Source of the DNA: an uncultured Trueperaceae bacterium
GTDB taxonomy: Bacteria; Deinococcota; Deinococci; Deinococcales; Trueperaceae
NCBI GenBank assembly: GCA_963799485.1
Contig: CAWCXJ010000001.1
Location: 96,001 to 160,000, forward strand
Direction of reading: 5' to 3'
DNA: 64,000 nt
Shown here: in pieces, positions 1-10,306 of the stretch
Layout of the letters: each line of letters starts with the position of its first letter
How positions within the stretch are numbered: position 1 is the stretch's first letter
The notes under the pieces: generated by a model
Databases searched by the model: none
What the model saw: the letters and a program-made list of their open reading frames with translations, nothing else
What the model was told of the DNA's origin: nothing
Translations under genes and position numbers: made by a program

Positions 1-64
1 GCTTACCTACGGTAAAATGAAACCGTTGATTCTATTGCGACAATGCACACAATCTCCCTGAACA

Positions 65-784
65 TTAAGGTTTGGTGAGTTTGAACAGCGCTAGTGCGAC
101 CGGCCCCCGGTACTCGGCACGCTCGAGCCCGAATCCCACCTTTTGCGCCCCCTGCTCGAGTTTTTCCGGGTCGATAAAACGGAGCCCCGACAGCTTGAGC
201 ACGCCTTGTCCCAGCCTGCCGGGCAAGCTCTGCGCGTTTGTCAAGTACATCTGCCACATCCGCCCGCCCGGTTTGAGTACCCGCGCAAACTCCGAGAGCG
301 TCCGGGATAAATCGGTAAACTCGTTGAGCGAGCCGCCGCAAACGAGCGCGTCGAACACGGCGTTGCGGTAGGGGAGACTTCGCACATCGGCCTGAACCAA
401 TACGGGCGAAACGCCGTCACGTTCAGCGTACGCTTGAGCTTTTTTGAGAAACGCTTCGCTAAAGTCGAGCGCGTGAACCTCGAGCCCCGGTTGATGTTGC
501 AAAAGCGTCCGGGCGTAAAGTCCGGCTGAGGTGGCCGCGTCCAAAATACGTTCACCCGGCCTCGGTTTAAGCTGTGCGAGCATCAGTTCCAACTCGCGCT
601 TGGTACTAAAACTGCCCCGCGTCAAGAGCGACAACGACCGTTTTCGCCAGAGCGGTTCGTACATGGCGGCGGTCAGGGGCCAAAAGTTGCTGCTCTGCGC
701 CAGCGGCACCCGCGGGCGTTTTTCTAAAGCCCGGTAGATGCCGCCCTTTTGCTCGAGCGGCCTTAGAAAGAGGGTGTCGGACAC
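65..784 (-). CDS. Class I SAM-dependent methyltransferase
   Basis: 239 aa; degenerate motif I (ILDAATSAG), ALDFSEAFL, QADVRSLPY..FD, EFARVLKPGGR. Confidence 0.85.
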   Translation of the reverse strand: MSDTLFLRPLEQKGGIYRALEKRPRVPLAQSSNFWPLTAAMYEPLWRKRSLSLLTRGSFSTKRELELMLAQLKPRPGERILDAATSAGLYARTLLQHQPGLEVHALDFSEAFLKKAQAYAERDGVSPVLVQADVRSLPYRNAVFDALVCGGSLNEFTDLSRTLSEFARVLKPGGRMWQMYLTNAQSLPGRLGQGVLKLSGLRFIDPEKLEQGAQKVGFGLERAEYRGPVALALFKLTKP

Positions 785-811
785 GAGTTCAGTGTGGCAC
801 GTTTACGGCGA

Positions 812-1999
812 CTAAAAAACGTCCTGCACCCAGCTGAGCTCACGTTCAATCGACGCGGTGAGGCCCAGTTTGAGCGCGTCGGGCAAGATGCTCCAGGTAT
901 ACGTTTCGACTTCAAAGTGTTCAGTCAAGGGTTTTTGACGGTGTAGCTCGAGCGTCCTTAAAATCATCTTTTGCGTCGTGTTGAAAGCTGTCGTCTGCGC
1001 CAAAAAAACCGGCACGTGAAAGTGCACCCGCCAGCGCTCGGCGTCCGGCTGGGGCAACGCAGCAAGCGCGCCGGGCAGGTCGGGAAAACGGGTCAGGGTG
1101 CCGCCCTTGTTTTTTTGAATAACCTGATGGAGATAAACGGGTTCGTTAAACGGTTCCAGTGCCCGCTTTGTCACCTCGGCGTTGTGGGGGGACAGCTCGA
1201 GCGCCGAACTCAGCTGCACCTTGCCGATGAGGATGCCCAGCGCCGTAAAATCGCTTAAGATTTCCGCCGGGTCTTCATAAGCGAGCGCAACGTGACAGGT
1301 ATCGAAACAGACCTGAATGTGCCGTAAAAGCGTTTCTTTCGCCTTTTTTACGGTAATGTTCAACCGCTCTGCCAGCCTTTCAGCCCCATAAGTCAGCAAC
1401 CAAGTCTCAAAAAACCGGGTGAGTTCAGCCATGTTCTCTAACAGGCCGCCCTGTTCGGGCTCGAGGTCTAGGTGAATCATGACCCCCCGCTCGGCGTACA
1501 ATTTAGCTAGATATTCCGCGACGCGCACGACGTTTTCAGTCAGCTGCCGCCAGGTCGCCGCGTCGCTTTCGTCAATCCACGCTTTATATGACAGTGGGCT
1601 CGTCGAAATCCCACCGGTGACGCCTTCGGGTAACAGCACGGCTAAACTCTGCGCCAACCGGAGCGTGTAATTCACCCGCTCATCAGAACGCCAGTCGGGG
1701 GCGTGAACCTGCGCTTTGACCGGCTGGTTGTGAAACGGCCCGTGCGGAAAACCGTTCATCGTAAAGACGTAAAGGCCGTTTTCATCCAGCCAGCGTTTGA
1801 ACCCCGTAAGGGTGTCGCCCGCTAAAAGTTCACGGCTCTCGTCGCCTGAAAGCCGCAGCCCGATACCGAAAGGTGCATTCGGGGAGAGGGACGCTTTGAG
1901 GGGTAGTGCGTGTTGTTTTAGGCTCTCCCAGACTTCGGGGAAGCCCCTGGCCGGATGGATGTTGGTGCAGTAGGTGAGGTGGCTACGTCCTAGTTTCAT
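812..1999 (-). CDS. eboE: EboE-family TIM-barrel protein
   Basis: HLTYCTNIHP, PFGIGLRLS, FTMNGFPHGPFH..VK..V..PDW, GKVQLSSAL, EPVYLHQV, WRVHFHVP, EVETYTW. Confidence 0.9.
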   Translation of the reverse strand: MKLGRSHLTYCTNIHPARGFPEVWESLKQHALPLKASLSPNAPFGIGLRLSGDESRELLAGDTLTGFKRWLDENGLYVFTMNGFPHGPFHNQPVKAQVHAPDWRSDERVNYTLRLAQSLAVLLPEGVTGGISTSPLSYKAWIDESDAATWRQLTENVVRVAEYLAKLYAERGVMIHLDLEPEQGGLLENMAELTRFFETWLLTYGAERLAERLNITVKKAKETLLRHIQVCFDTCHVALAYEDPAEILSDFTALGILIGKVQLSSALELSPHNAEVTKRALEPFNEPVYLHQVIQKNKGGTLTRFPDLPGALAALPQPDAERWRVHFHVPVFLAQTTAFNTTQKMILRTLELHRQKPLTEHFEVETYTWSILPDALKLGLTASIERELSWVQDVF

Positions 2000-2002
2000 A
2001 AA

Positions 2003-2221
2003 CTAGAGCGTAAACCCTAAAGCGGTACACCAGGCTATAAAAGCGAGATAAACCCAGACCAATCTCGGTATTTTCTGGTAGTTTGTACCGTTCATTTGAC
2101 GCATCTTTTGAACCGCCGAACTTGGATTTTTAACGACGCCCTTCGCTTCAGCTATCAGCAGGTTGACTAACAGATGAAAGAAAACCAAAGTCAGTGCCCA
2201 AAGAAATGTCTGCACCGTCAT
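2003..2221 (-). CDS. Small hypothetical membrane protein with two hydrophobic segments
   Basis: 72 aa; overlaps the DUF433 stop (ATGA) and ends 3 nt before eboE; locally lower GC. Confidence 0.5.
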   Translation of the reverse strand: MTVQTFLWALTLVFFHLLVNLLIAEAKGVVKNPSSAVQKMRQMNGTNYQKIPRLVWVYLAFIAWCTALGFTL

Positions 2222-2421
2222 AGCCCCCGTGCTGCAAAGTAAAGCGCTGCTCTGGTATCCTCGGTTTCCAAACCGGGCAGTTCTTCAGGTACCTGTTCCG
2301 GGCTGAGACCGGCAGCTAAAAGCCCCAACACATCCGATATGCGAATCCGCATCCCCCGAATGCGGGGACGCCCGCCGCACTGTTCCGGATTGATGGTGAT
2401 GCGAGTAAGCGCGTGAGCCAT
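2218..2421 (-). CDS. DUF433-domain protein (antitoxin-like), possibly degenerate
   Basis: RITINPEQCGGRPRIRGMRIRISDVL..LAAG.S.EQ pattern. Confidence 0.8.
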   Translation of the reverse strand: MAHALTRITINPEQCGGRPRIRGMRIRISDVLGLLAAGLSPEQVPEELPGLETEDTRAALYFAARGL

Positions 2422-2429
2422 AGCCCGGT

Positions 2430-3297
2430 TTAGCGTCCGGCGGCGTGGCTCGAGAGCGGTTCGCCCGTTTGCGGTGTGAACTCCAGTTTCGGCACTGAAA
2501 GCTTAAACTTCGGCGACTGCCCCAAAAACTCTGCTGGGTTATGCAGGATAATCTTTTCAATAAGTTTTTCGCTGTGCCCCCGGCGGCGCATCTCCAAGAC
2601 GAACTCGGGCACCGCGACCGGGTCGGACTCGCCCCAATCGCACGCCGACGCGACGACGATGCGCTCACTGCCGTACATCTCGAGCATGTCAATCGCCCGG
2701 TTCGGTGACGCTTTGGTTTTCGGATAGAGGGTCATACCTGTCCAAAAGCCATTATCTAGAATCATTCCGACGGTGTGCTCTTCGGCGTGGTCAACCATCA
2801 CCCGTTCGGGACGGACGCGTGGGTCGGCGGCGAGCGTTTCGACAATCGTTTTGGTGCCTTTGTACTTATCCTCGAGGTGCGGCGTATGAATGTGAATCAG
2901 CTGGTTATGCTCCAGACGCCAGTTCCACGTGGTCTCTAAACGTCGCCAACTCGTTGCGCGTCACCCGGTTGAGCCCGATTTCACCGATACCTAAAACCGT
3001 CTCGCGACCTAAAAACTCGGGGATGATTTTCAAGACTTCTCTGGTGAGTTCCCGGTCTTCGCCCTCTTTGGGGTTCAAGCAGAGCCAACAGTAGTGCTTG
3101 ATACCGTACTCGGCGGCCCGTGCGGGTTCAAAGGTCGTCAAGTGCTCGAAATAGTCGGCGAACACGTCGGCGCTGCGGCGGTCGTAACCGGCCCAAAACG
3201 CGGGTTCGGTGACAGCCAGGCAACCCGTCAGGGCCATCTGCCGGTAGTCGTCGGTGGTGCGCGAAACCATGTGCGCGTGCATGTCGATGTAGGTCAC
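2430..3297 (-). pseudogene. eboB: EboB/TatD-family hydrolase split by a +1 frameshift near 2916
   Basis: N-part [15 protein letters not shown]...GIGEIGL. Removing the A at plus-strand 2916 restores [24 protein letters not shown], in frame with ORF 2430-2801 ([18 protein letters not shown]). Confidence 0.85.
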
Positions 3298-3608
3298 CCT
3301 TCGCCCCCTTGCCGGATAGGCGCGCCGTAAGCCCCTTGCTGGTCGCGTTCTTCTAACAGTGAGGTGTCTAAGTCGCTGAGGAGCAGTTGCACGCGTTCGG
3401 CGCGACCAAAATCGCCCGTGGAGAGTTCGCGCAGAGCTTTTTTAAGCCCGACGAAGCGAAACTCGTCTTCGGCGTTTTTGTCGGCTGACCTGTCCATCCG
3501 GTCTAAAAAGGCGGCAATCGCCAGAACCTGATTGCGGTGTTCCATAAAGTAGCGGTCGATCAGTTCTTTTTGCCCTAACGGGCAGCTGCTGCGAACGTCG
3601 GTGTCCAC
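3294..3608 (-). CDS. Hypothetical protein in the ebo cluster
   Basis: 104 aa overlapping both neighbours; [21 protein letters not shown] reads as a real helical protein. Confidence 0.75.
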   Translation of the reverse strand: MDTDVRSSCPLGQKELIDRYFMEHRNQVLAIAAFLDRMDRSADKNAEDEFRFVGLKKALRELSTGDFGRAERVQLLLSDLDTSLLEERDQQGAYGAPIRQGGEG

Positions 3609-4792
3609 GGTTCCTCCTTTTGCTGTACTCGTTGTGACAGATAGTTTACGGCGTGCCGGACGAGCGTTTCATCGAGTTCGTGAACCTCCACGCCGCGCCC
3701 GACGCCTGCTAAAAGCATGATGGTGAGCTGCCCGCCTAAATGTTCGCGGAACTCACGGACGCCGTGAACGACTTCGGGGTTGGTAAGTTCCGGGACGAAG
3801 GTCTTAAGACCCAGCGTTGCAAAGACGTTTAAGATACGCTTCAGGTCGGTTTCTGAAAGCAAGCCCGACAGGTGCGCGTAGGTGCTGTCTAGCGCGATAC
3901 CGACGGCGACCGCTTCACCGTGCCGGAGTTGGTAAGCGGTGAGCGCCTCGAGCTTGTGCGCCGCCCAATGTCCAAAATCCAGGGGCCGCGACGAACCGAA
4001 CTCGAAGGGGTCGCCGCTCGTCGCAATATGCTCTAGGTGCAGCTCGGCGCAGCGGATGACGGCGTGCGCCATCGCCTCCCGGTCACGGTTTCGCAGATTT
4101 ACGGCGTTGGTCTCTAAAAAGCTGAAGAACGCGGCGTCTTTTAAGAGCGCGACTTTAATAGCTTCGGACAAACCGCCGACCCAGTCGCGCTGCGCCAGAG
4201 AGTCTAGAAAATTAAGGTCGTTGAGAACCGCAAAGGGCGGCGCAAACGTGCCTAAAAAGTTCTTTTTGCCAAAGGCGTTGACGCCGTTTTTAACCCCGAC
4301 TGCCGAGTCGTTTTGCGACAAGACGGTTGTGGGAACCCGCACGAGCCGCACGCCCCGGTGCGAGGTCGCGGCGGCGTATCCGACCATATCGAGGAGTGCG
4401 CCGCCGCCGACGGCGATAATAAACGAATGCCGGTCGATACCGTAGCGCTCGACCGCCTGTTGAATCAAGGTGACGTTTTCAGGCGTGTTCTTCGTCTCTT
4501 CGCCGCCTGCTATGACGAGGGGAGCGGTGACAAGCTCGAGCCCTTTATACCCGTCAAAATACGCGGAAATCCGCTCGAGTAGACCCGGCTGGTGTCGCGC
4601 GAAACCCTCATCTATTACGACCAGAAGCCGTTTGGGGCCAGCGCCGGGTTGAGCGTCTGCCAGGAGTGTTTCGGCGAGTAAAGGCTGCTCTGCGGTCAAA
4701 AGGTTGCGGGTAAAATGAACGGGAAACGCGTAATTCACCACGACCCGCTGACGAATCGTATGCATGGTGTATGGTACCGAGTGCGTAAGCAC
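3575..4792 (-). CDS. eboD: EboD-type sugar-phosphate cyclase (3-dehydroquinate synthase-like)
   Basis: [64 protein letters not shown]; start may be ATG 4765. Confidence 0.88.
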   Translation of the reverse strand: MLTHSVPYTMHTIRQRVVVNYAFPVHFTRNLLTAEQPLLAETLLADAQPGAGPKRLLVVIDEGFARHQPGLLERISAYFDGYKGLELVTAPLVIAGGEETKNTPENVTLIQQAVERYGIDRHSFIIAVGGGALLDMVGYAAATSHRGVRLVRVPTTVLSQNDSAVGVKNGVNAFGKKNFLGTFAPPFAVLNDLNFLDSLAQRDWVGGLSEAIKVALLKDAAFFSFLETNAVNLRNRDREAMAHAVIRCAELHLEHIATSGDPFEFGSSRPLDFGHWAAHKLEALTAYQLRHGEAVAVGIALDSTYAHLSGLLSETDLKRILNVFATLGLKTFVPELTNPEVVHGVREFREHLGGQLTIMLLAGVGRGVEVHELDETLVRHAVNYLSQRVQQKEEPWTPTFAAAAR

Positions 4793-4858
4793 TACACCTT
4801 AGCCCGTATCACATGAACCGGACTGTGAAGATCTGCCGTAAAAGCTCGACGCGAAAAC

Positions 4859-6112
4859 TTAACGAAGTGCGCGCAAGAGGTGAACGCCGTTGTGCCCGAA
4901 CGACGCACGCATGAGCGGGAGCCGGACACTGTTGGGCGCATACTGGAACATCGCGGTCATCGTCCGGGCGACGCCGCCCGCACGGTGTGTACCGGACAGA
5001 TAGCCCTGCCAGAGTTCGGGTGAGAGCTTGAAAAATGCGCTGAAAAAACCCTGAAGCTGGGTGCTGTCGAGTGTTAAGAGAGCCTCGAGCCCGAAGAGAT
5101 AAAGCTCCCTTGCCTGTACCCGCCCTCTGGGCCAGAGTGTTTCCCACGCCGCTGCTGCTGCTTGTTCCGGTGAAGTGTTGGGTTGTCCCAAAGAGCTTGA
5201 AATCGCTCTAGCCAGTTCCGGTGCGCGCCGTAAAGTCGTCGCCATCAGGTAGCCCGACGCCGGATGCACCAGGCTCGCTGCCCCGCCGAAACCGACCGTG
5301 CGCTGGGTGAGGTCGGGTAGCGGCACATTCACCGGAAAGCGGCAGTTCTCTCGCTCCAAAACCTCAGTTGTTTGAATGCCCATATGCGCCAGGCGGCGCT
5401 CGAGCCTGCCCTTCAAAATGTCCACACTCAGACCGGGGCGATGTGCCAGTGAGGTTTCTTCAACAAAAAACAGCCCGTTCTCCATATCCATCGCATAGAG
5501 AAAAGTCGGGGTTACGCGTTCTTCGGGCCGTAAAAAGTCGTCTTGAAAATCCATCAGAAGCACCTGTCCCGGCTTTACGGGTGGCGCGGAAAATCGTCCC
5601 AAAACGCCGTAAGCGGTTTGAAAGGCTGGGTTGCCAGAAGGCCGTGAAACGAGTTTGGGAAAGTGACCGCTGCTGTCGATGACGAGGCGTGCGGAGTAGG
5701 TGTGAGCGCCTGTTTGGTTACTTATAACCGTGAGGCTCGAGCCCTCCTTGCCAGCTTCCACTTTTGCCGCAAAGCCTTGATGCCAGACGACGCCGGCTTT
5801 TTCGCCCCTTGCTAGAAAATACTCCCGCAACGCAGGGTTATTGAAGCGTCCGTAAGAACGGTTTAAGGCGACCTCTCCGCGACCGAAATTGCCTACGACG
5901 TCGTGCCAGACGTGCGCTAAAAAAGGCGCGTAGCCGAGCGGCGCGACTTCATCAACCCAGACGCCGTAAGTGTTGGGCCAGCCGGTGCTCGAGTCCATCA
6001 CGGCGTCAGGGGAGACGCCGACGACGCGGAGGCCGGTTTCACCCAGGTGCGCCGCTGCTGCTAAACCGGCTGGCCCTGAACCCACGATGAGTACATCGGC
6101 GTCGGGAGTCAA
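4859..6112 (-). CDS. crtL: Lycopene cyclase (CrtL/CrtY flavoprotein family)
   Basis: VLIVGSGPAG dinucleotide motif, NTYGVW, QTAYG, VEETSL, GGAASLVHPASGY. Confidence 0.88.
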   Translation of the reverse strand: MTPDADVLIVGSGPAGLAAAAHLGETGLRVVGVSPDAVMDSSTGWPNTYGVWVDEVAPLGYAPFLAHVWHDVVGNFGRGEVALNRSYGRFNNPALREYFLARGEKAGVVWHQGFAAKVEAGKEGSSLTVISNQTGAHTYSARLVIDSSGHFPKLVSRPSGNPAFQTAYGVLGRFSAPPVKPGQVLLMDFQDDFLRPEERVTPTFLYAMDMENGLFFVEETSLAHRPGLSVDILKGRLERRLAHMGIQTTEVLERENCRFPVNVPLPDLTQRTVGFGGAASLVHPASGYLMATTLRRAPELARAISSSLGQPNTSPEQAAAAAWETLWPRGRVQARELYLFGLEALLTLDSTQLQGFFSAFFKLSPELWQGYLSGTHRAGGVARTMTAMFQYAPNSVRLPLMRASFGHNGVHLLRALR

Positions 6113-6870
6113 TGACGTACCACCCTGGTGCCGCGCGTTCCTGCCAGCGTCGCCCGCAGGTCTTGCGGTTTACGTCCGTCGGCAATGACGGCAAACGGTG
6201 CGCCCGCAGCCAACGCGTCTAGCGCCGCCTCGACTTTGGGAATCATCCCGCCGGAGATGCGCCCATCACGAATTCGCGCTTGAATCTCGCCTTCGCTCAA
6301 GGTCGTCATGAGGCTGTCCGGGTCGCCCGGGTCGCTCAGCACGCCGGGAATGTTGCTCAAAAACACAACCGGCGCGCCCAGTGCCCCGGCAACCGCGCTC
6401 GCGGCGTCGTCCGCGTTGACGTTGAGCGCGCCGCCGTAAACGTCTACGCCCAAACAAGCGACGACCGGAATCAGCTCTAAACCCAAAAGCCCGGTCAGCA
6501 ACTCACAGTTGACCGTCGTCACCTTACCGACCAGACCGAGCGCCGCGCTGAAAGGTGCTGCAATCAAGAGCCCTGCGTCCCGCCCGGTCAGGCCGACACC
6601 CTGCCCGAGTTCTTGCGCTAGTACCTTGCCGAGCTGCGTCAGGGTGCGCTCGATAATGGGTAAACTCGCCTCGTCGGTGACCCGCAAACCCCGCACAAAA
6701 CGGCTCTCGAGCCCGGCTTCTTTAAGCGCCGCGGCAATAAAGGGGCCGCCGCCGTGAACGACGACCGCGCCCGGCAGCCGGGCAATTTCACGGGCCACCC
6801 TTGCGCGCAGCGCCGGTTCGGTCATCGCGTTGCCGCCGTACTTGATAACGACCGGGACAGGTGCAGACAT
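6109..6870 (-). CDS. argB: Acetylglutamate kinase
   Basis: VIKYGGNAM, VVHGGGP, GLRVTD, NVNAD, GGMIPKV. Confidence 0.95.
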   Translation of the reverse strand: MSAPVPVVIKYGGNAMTEPALRARVAREIARLPGAVVVHGGGPFIAAALKEAGLESRFVRGLRVTDEASLPIIERTLTQLGKVLAQELGQGVGLTGRDAGLLIAAPFSAALGLVGKVTTVNCELLTGLLGLELIPVVACLGVDVYGGALNVNADDAASAVAGALGAPVVFLSNIPGVLSDPGDPDSLMTTLSEGEIQARIRDGRISGGMIPKVEAALDALAAGAPFAVIADGRKPQDLRATLAGTRGTRVVRH

Positions 6871-7006
6871 CCTCTCACCATGACACGCGCCGTTCGGCTG
6901 GACAAGAGGTTGTCAGGCACGACTTTTTACGGTCAGCTTGGTATGCTCCTGAAACCTGACCGCACCGCGCGGCATTTTTTAGAACGGCTCGAGAGGACAC
7001 AACAGC

Positions 7007-8437
7007 GTGGACACACTTGTTTTCGGTACCGACGGCTGGCGCGACATCATCGGCGAACGTTTTACCTTTGCAAACGTCTCGAGGGTCGCGCAGGCTTACG
7101 CGGCGTATCTGCACGACGCGGGCACGCCGAGCGTCGCCGTCGGTTACGACACCCGCTTTAACGGGGCACTTTTCGCGCGGCGGGTCGCCGAGGTATTCGC
7201 CGCCAACGGCGTCCGGGTATTCCTGACTGAAAATTACCTGCCGACGCCTGCGCTCTCGTTCGCCGTAAACCACTTGACACTCGGCGGCGGCGTGATGCTC
7301 ACGGCGTCGCACAACCCGCCGCCGTACAGCGGCTTCAAGCTCAAGGGGCCGTATGGCGGCACGGCGACCGAAGCCATCTATAAAGATGTGAGCGCCCGCG
7401 TCGCCGAAACCGACCCGGACGACGTGCTTGGCTTTGACGAGAAAAAACACGTGCTGGAAACGCTCGACATCCGCGCCGCCTACTACGACGCGCTGAGCCA
7501 GCTTGTTGACCTTGACTTGCTCCGCACCTTTACCGGCACGCTTGCTCACGACGCGATGGGCGGCGCGGGCTCAGGCTGGCTAAAAGGCTTTGCCGAATAC
7601 GCCGGGCTGCCCTTGACCGTGCAGGAGCTGCGCGGCGACCCGACCCCGATGTTTTACGGCGTCAACCCCGAACCGCTGCCGCAAAACCTCGCCTCGACGA
7701 TGGACTTTATGAAGCGTTCGGACGCTGTATTTGCCGCTGCTACCGACGGCGACGCCGACCGGCTCGGGTTGGCGCTGCCGGGTGGGACGTTTTTCAACTC
7801 GCACCAGATTTTAGCGGTGCTGCTCAGTTCGCTTTACGACAAAGGGGGTCGTGGGCGGGTCGTCAAAACCTTTACGACCTCGAGGGTTGTCGAACGGCTC
7901 GCCGAAAAACGCGGTCTGGAGGTGCTCGAGACCCCCGTCGGTTTCAAATACATCGTCGACGCGATGCTCGCGGGTGACGTGCTGATCGGCGGGGAAGAGT
8001 CGGGCGGGATTGGCGTACAAGGCCACATCCCCGAACGCGACGGGCTCGCGAATACGCTTTTGATGCTCGAGGCCACTTTGCGCTCCGGTAAAAGCGTCGC
8101 CGAACTGTTCGCGGCGCTGGAACAAGAAGCCGACTGGCAGCACGCCTACGACCGAGTAGATTTGCAGCTCTCCGGTAACGCGCTTAAAGACGCCGTACTG
8201 AACGCGCTCAAAAATCCCCCTGAAGCGTTCGCGGGCCGCAGAGTCGAATCGGTCGAAACTTTAGACGGCGTAAAGTTCAATCTTTCCGGCAAAGCGTGGC
8301 TGCTCTTCCGCGCGTCGGGCACCGAGCCGGTGCTGCGTATCTACTGCGAGGCGCAGTCGGAAGCCGACGTCGCAGACATTTTGAAGGCGGGGCAGGCGTT
8401 TGTCGCCGAGATAGAAGCAATGAGAAGAAAGCAATGA
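7007..8437 (+). CDS. Phosphoglucomutase/phosphomannomutase family protein
   Basis: FGTDGWR, TASHNP, DGDADR, GGEESGG, RASGTEP. Confidence 0.95.
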   Translation: MDTLVFGTDGWRDIIGERFTFANVSRVAQAYAAYLHDAGTPSVAVGYDTRFNGALFARRVAEVFAANGVRVFLTENYLPTPALSFAVNHLTLGGGVMLTASHNPPPYSGFKLKGPYGGTATEAIYKDVSARVAETDPDDVLGFDEKKHVLETLDIRAAYYDALSQLVDLDLLRTFTGTLAHDAMGGAGSGWLKGFAEYAGLPLTVQELRGDPTPMFYGVNPEPLPQNLASTMDFMKRSDAVFAAATDGDADRLGLALPGGTFFNSHQILAVLLSSLYDKGGRGRVVKTFTTSRVVERLAEKRGLEVLETPVGFKYIVDAMLAGDVLIGGEESGGIGVQGHIPERDGLANTLLMLEATLRSGKSVAELFAALEQEADWQHAYDRVDLQLSGNALKDAVLNALKNPPEAFAGRRVESVETLDGVKFNLSGKAWLLFRASGTEPVLRIYCEAQSEADVADILKAGQAFVAEIEAMRRKQ

Positions 8438-8489
8438 GCAACGAGTTACGACCTAAGCTCTCGGTGCTCATTGCTCGGTACTCATCCCT

Positions 8490-9560
8490 CTAAAGTGTTA
8501 TCAGCTCTTTCGGACTGTGCGACAGCAGTTCAAACCCCGTTTCCGTCACCATCGCCAAGTCTTCAATCCGGACGCCCGCGTCACCGGGAATGTACGCGCC
8601 CGGTTCGATGGTCACGCTCATACCGGGTTTGAGCACCCCGCCGGAAAGCTTGCTCAGGCGCGGGCCTTCGTGGACTTCCAAACCGACGCCGTGCCCGAGG
8701 CTATGGGAAAAATACTCGCCCAGACCGGCTTCGGTGAGAGAGTCCCGCGCTACCGCGTCCATCTCCTTGCCTGTTTTACCGGGAGCCAGCGCCTGCACTG
8801 CCGCCTCTTGAGCGCGCAGCACGGATTCGTAAAGCTCTGAGTGTGCGTCCGTCAGCTTGCCAACCGCAACCGTGCGGGTCATATCGGCGTGGTAGCCGTC
8901 TACTTTTGCGCCGAAGTCGAGCGTCACCAATTCGCCGGCTTCGATGCGTTTGCTCGAGGCCGTCCCGTGCGGCATCGCGCTCCGGTGACCCGACGCGACG
9001 ATAATCTCAAACGCAGCACCTTCGGCCCCGGCAGCGCGCATGAAACGCCCTAGTTCCAAAGCCACCTCGACCTCGCTAAGCCCCGCCCGGATAAACCCCA
9101 GGATATGCGTAAACGCGTCGTCGGTCAGCTTCGCGGCCTGCCGTAAAAGCTCGATTTCGCCCGGTGTTTTGACGAGCCGCAGTTCGGCAACTAAACCTTC
9201 GGTCGGGCGCAGGGCTCCTGTCAGCTTCTCCTGCAGGGTTTCAAAAAGCGCGTAGGTGACGTTTTCGGCTTCAAAGGCGACGCTCCGCCCGCCAAGTTTA
9301 GCCGCTAGATGCTCCGTCCACGAGTCCCCAAAAATCTCGACGGGCAGCTGCGACTCTTCACCGGCCTGCGCAATGTAGCGCCCATCGGTAATCAGCGTAG
9401 CGCCCTCATACGTGACGAGAACGCGCCCGTCTTCGGGTGCGCGAAAGCCGGACAGGTAGCGCACGTTGGCGGGCTGCGTGACGAGCAGCGCCTCGGCTCC
9501 GGTGTCGGCAAACGCTTCGCGGATATGCGCCAGCCTCGTCTCTAGAACAGCTTTCAGCAC
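8490..9560 (-). CDS. Xaa-Pro aminopeptidase (M24B)
   Basis: TDGRY, LDFGA..GYHADMTRT, HSLGHGVGLEVHE, TIEPG, GVRIED; start set at GTG 9560, overlapping the tpiA stop. Confidence 0.92.
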   Translation of the reverse strand: MLKAVLETRLAHIREAFADTGAEALLVTQPANVRYLSGFRAPEDGRVLVTYEGATLITDGRYIAQAGEESQLPVEIFGDSWTEHLAAKLGGRSVAFEAENVTYALFETLQEKLTGALRPTEGLVAELRLVKTPGEIELLRQAAKLTDDAFTHILGFIRAGLSEVEVALELGRFMRAAGAEGAAFEIIVASGHRSAMPHGTASSKRIEAGELVTLDFGAKVDGYHADMTRTVAVGKLTDAHSELYESVLRAQEAAVQALAPGKTGKEMDAVARDSLTEAGLGEYFSHSLGHGVGLEVHEGPRLSKLSGGVLKPGMSVTIEPGAYIPGDAGVRIEDLAMVTETGFELLSHSPKELITL

Positions 9561-10306
9561 GCGGCGGCAATCTTGGCGAGTGAGGCGGGCTCGAGGCTGG
9601 CGCTGCCGATCAAGCCGCCGTTGATGTCGGGTTGGGCGAGCAACCCGGCGGCGTTGTCGCCTTTCATCGAGCCGCCGTAAAGGATACGCACGTTGTCCGC
9701 CAAGTCCGGCATGAGGCGGCGTAACTCGCCGCGAATCGCGCCGCTCATCTCCTGCGCGTCTTCGTCGGTCGCGGTTTTGCCTGTTCCGATGGCCCATACG
9801 GGTTCGTAGGCAATGACGAGCTGTTCGGCGCTGCCTGGCGAGAGTCCCTCGAGCGCTGCTTTTAACTGGCCCAGGGTAACGTCTTCAGCCCTTCCCGCAC
9901 CGCGCGCCGCGAGCTTTTCACCGATACACAAGATAGGGGTGAGTCCCGCGGCTTGCACCGCTTTCAGTTTGGCCCGCACCAGCGCGTCGTCTTCGCCGTG
10001 ATACTCGCGCCGCTCGGAGTGCCCGACGATAACGTAGTGAACACCGACGTCTTTAAGCATCGCCGCGGCGACCTCGCCGGTATACGCGCCCTGGTCGTGC
10101 GCGCTCACGTCTTGCGCGCCGAGCTTGACGTCACCGCCTGCAAGGGCCGCTTCGAGCGCCGGAAGATGCGTGTAGGGCGCGCAGAGAGCCAGCTCGAGCC
10201 CCCTCGTCTCGACGTCCTCCAACGCAGTATGAAGGTCTGCGACCCAGGCGTTCATTTCACTCGGGAGTTTGTGGAGTTTCCAGTTAGCCGCAATGAGAGG
10301 TTTCAT
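9554..10306 (-). CDS. tpiA: Triosephosphate isomerase
   Basis: AANWK, GAYTGE, GHSERR, AYEPVWAIGTG, YGGS; ATG 10306 lies 7 nt after TATCCT. Confidence 0.97.
   Translation of the reverse strand: MKPLIAANWKLHKLPSEMNAWVADLHTALEDVETRGLELALCAPYTHLPALEAALAGGDVKLGAQDVSAHDQGAYTGEVAAAMLKDVGVHYVIVGHSERREYHGEDDALVRAKLKAVQAAGLTPILCIGEKLAARGAGRAEDVTLGQLKAALEGLSPGSAEQLVIAYEPVWAIGTGKTATDEDAQEMSGAIRGELRRLMPDLADNVRILYGGSMKGDNAAGLLAQPDINGGLIGSASLEPASLAKIAAAC

Noticed and set aside
3575..4792. Housekeeping aroB
   Set aside because: The [16 protein letters not shown] motif and the eboB/eboE context indicate EboD
6875..7549. Long antisense ORFs (also 15881-16510, 18733-19407, 28122-28919, 39186-39824, 41679-42431)
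   Set aside because: Shadow frames of well-supported genes in GC-rich DNA, with no recognisable motifs
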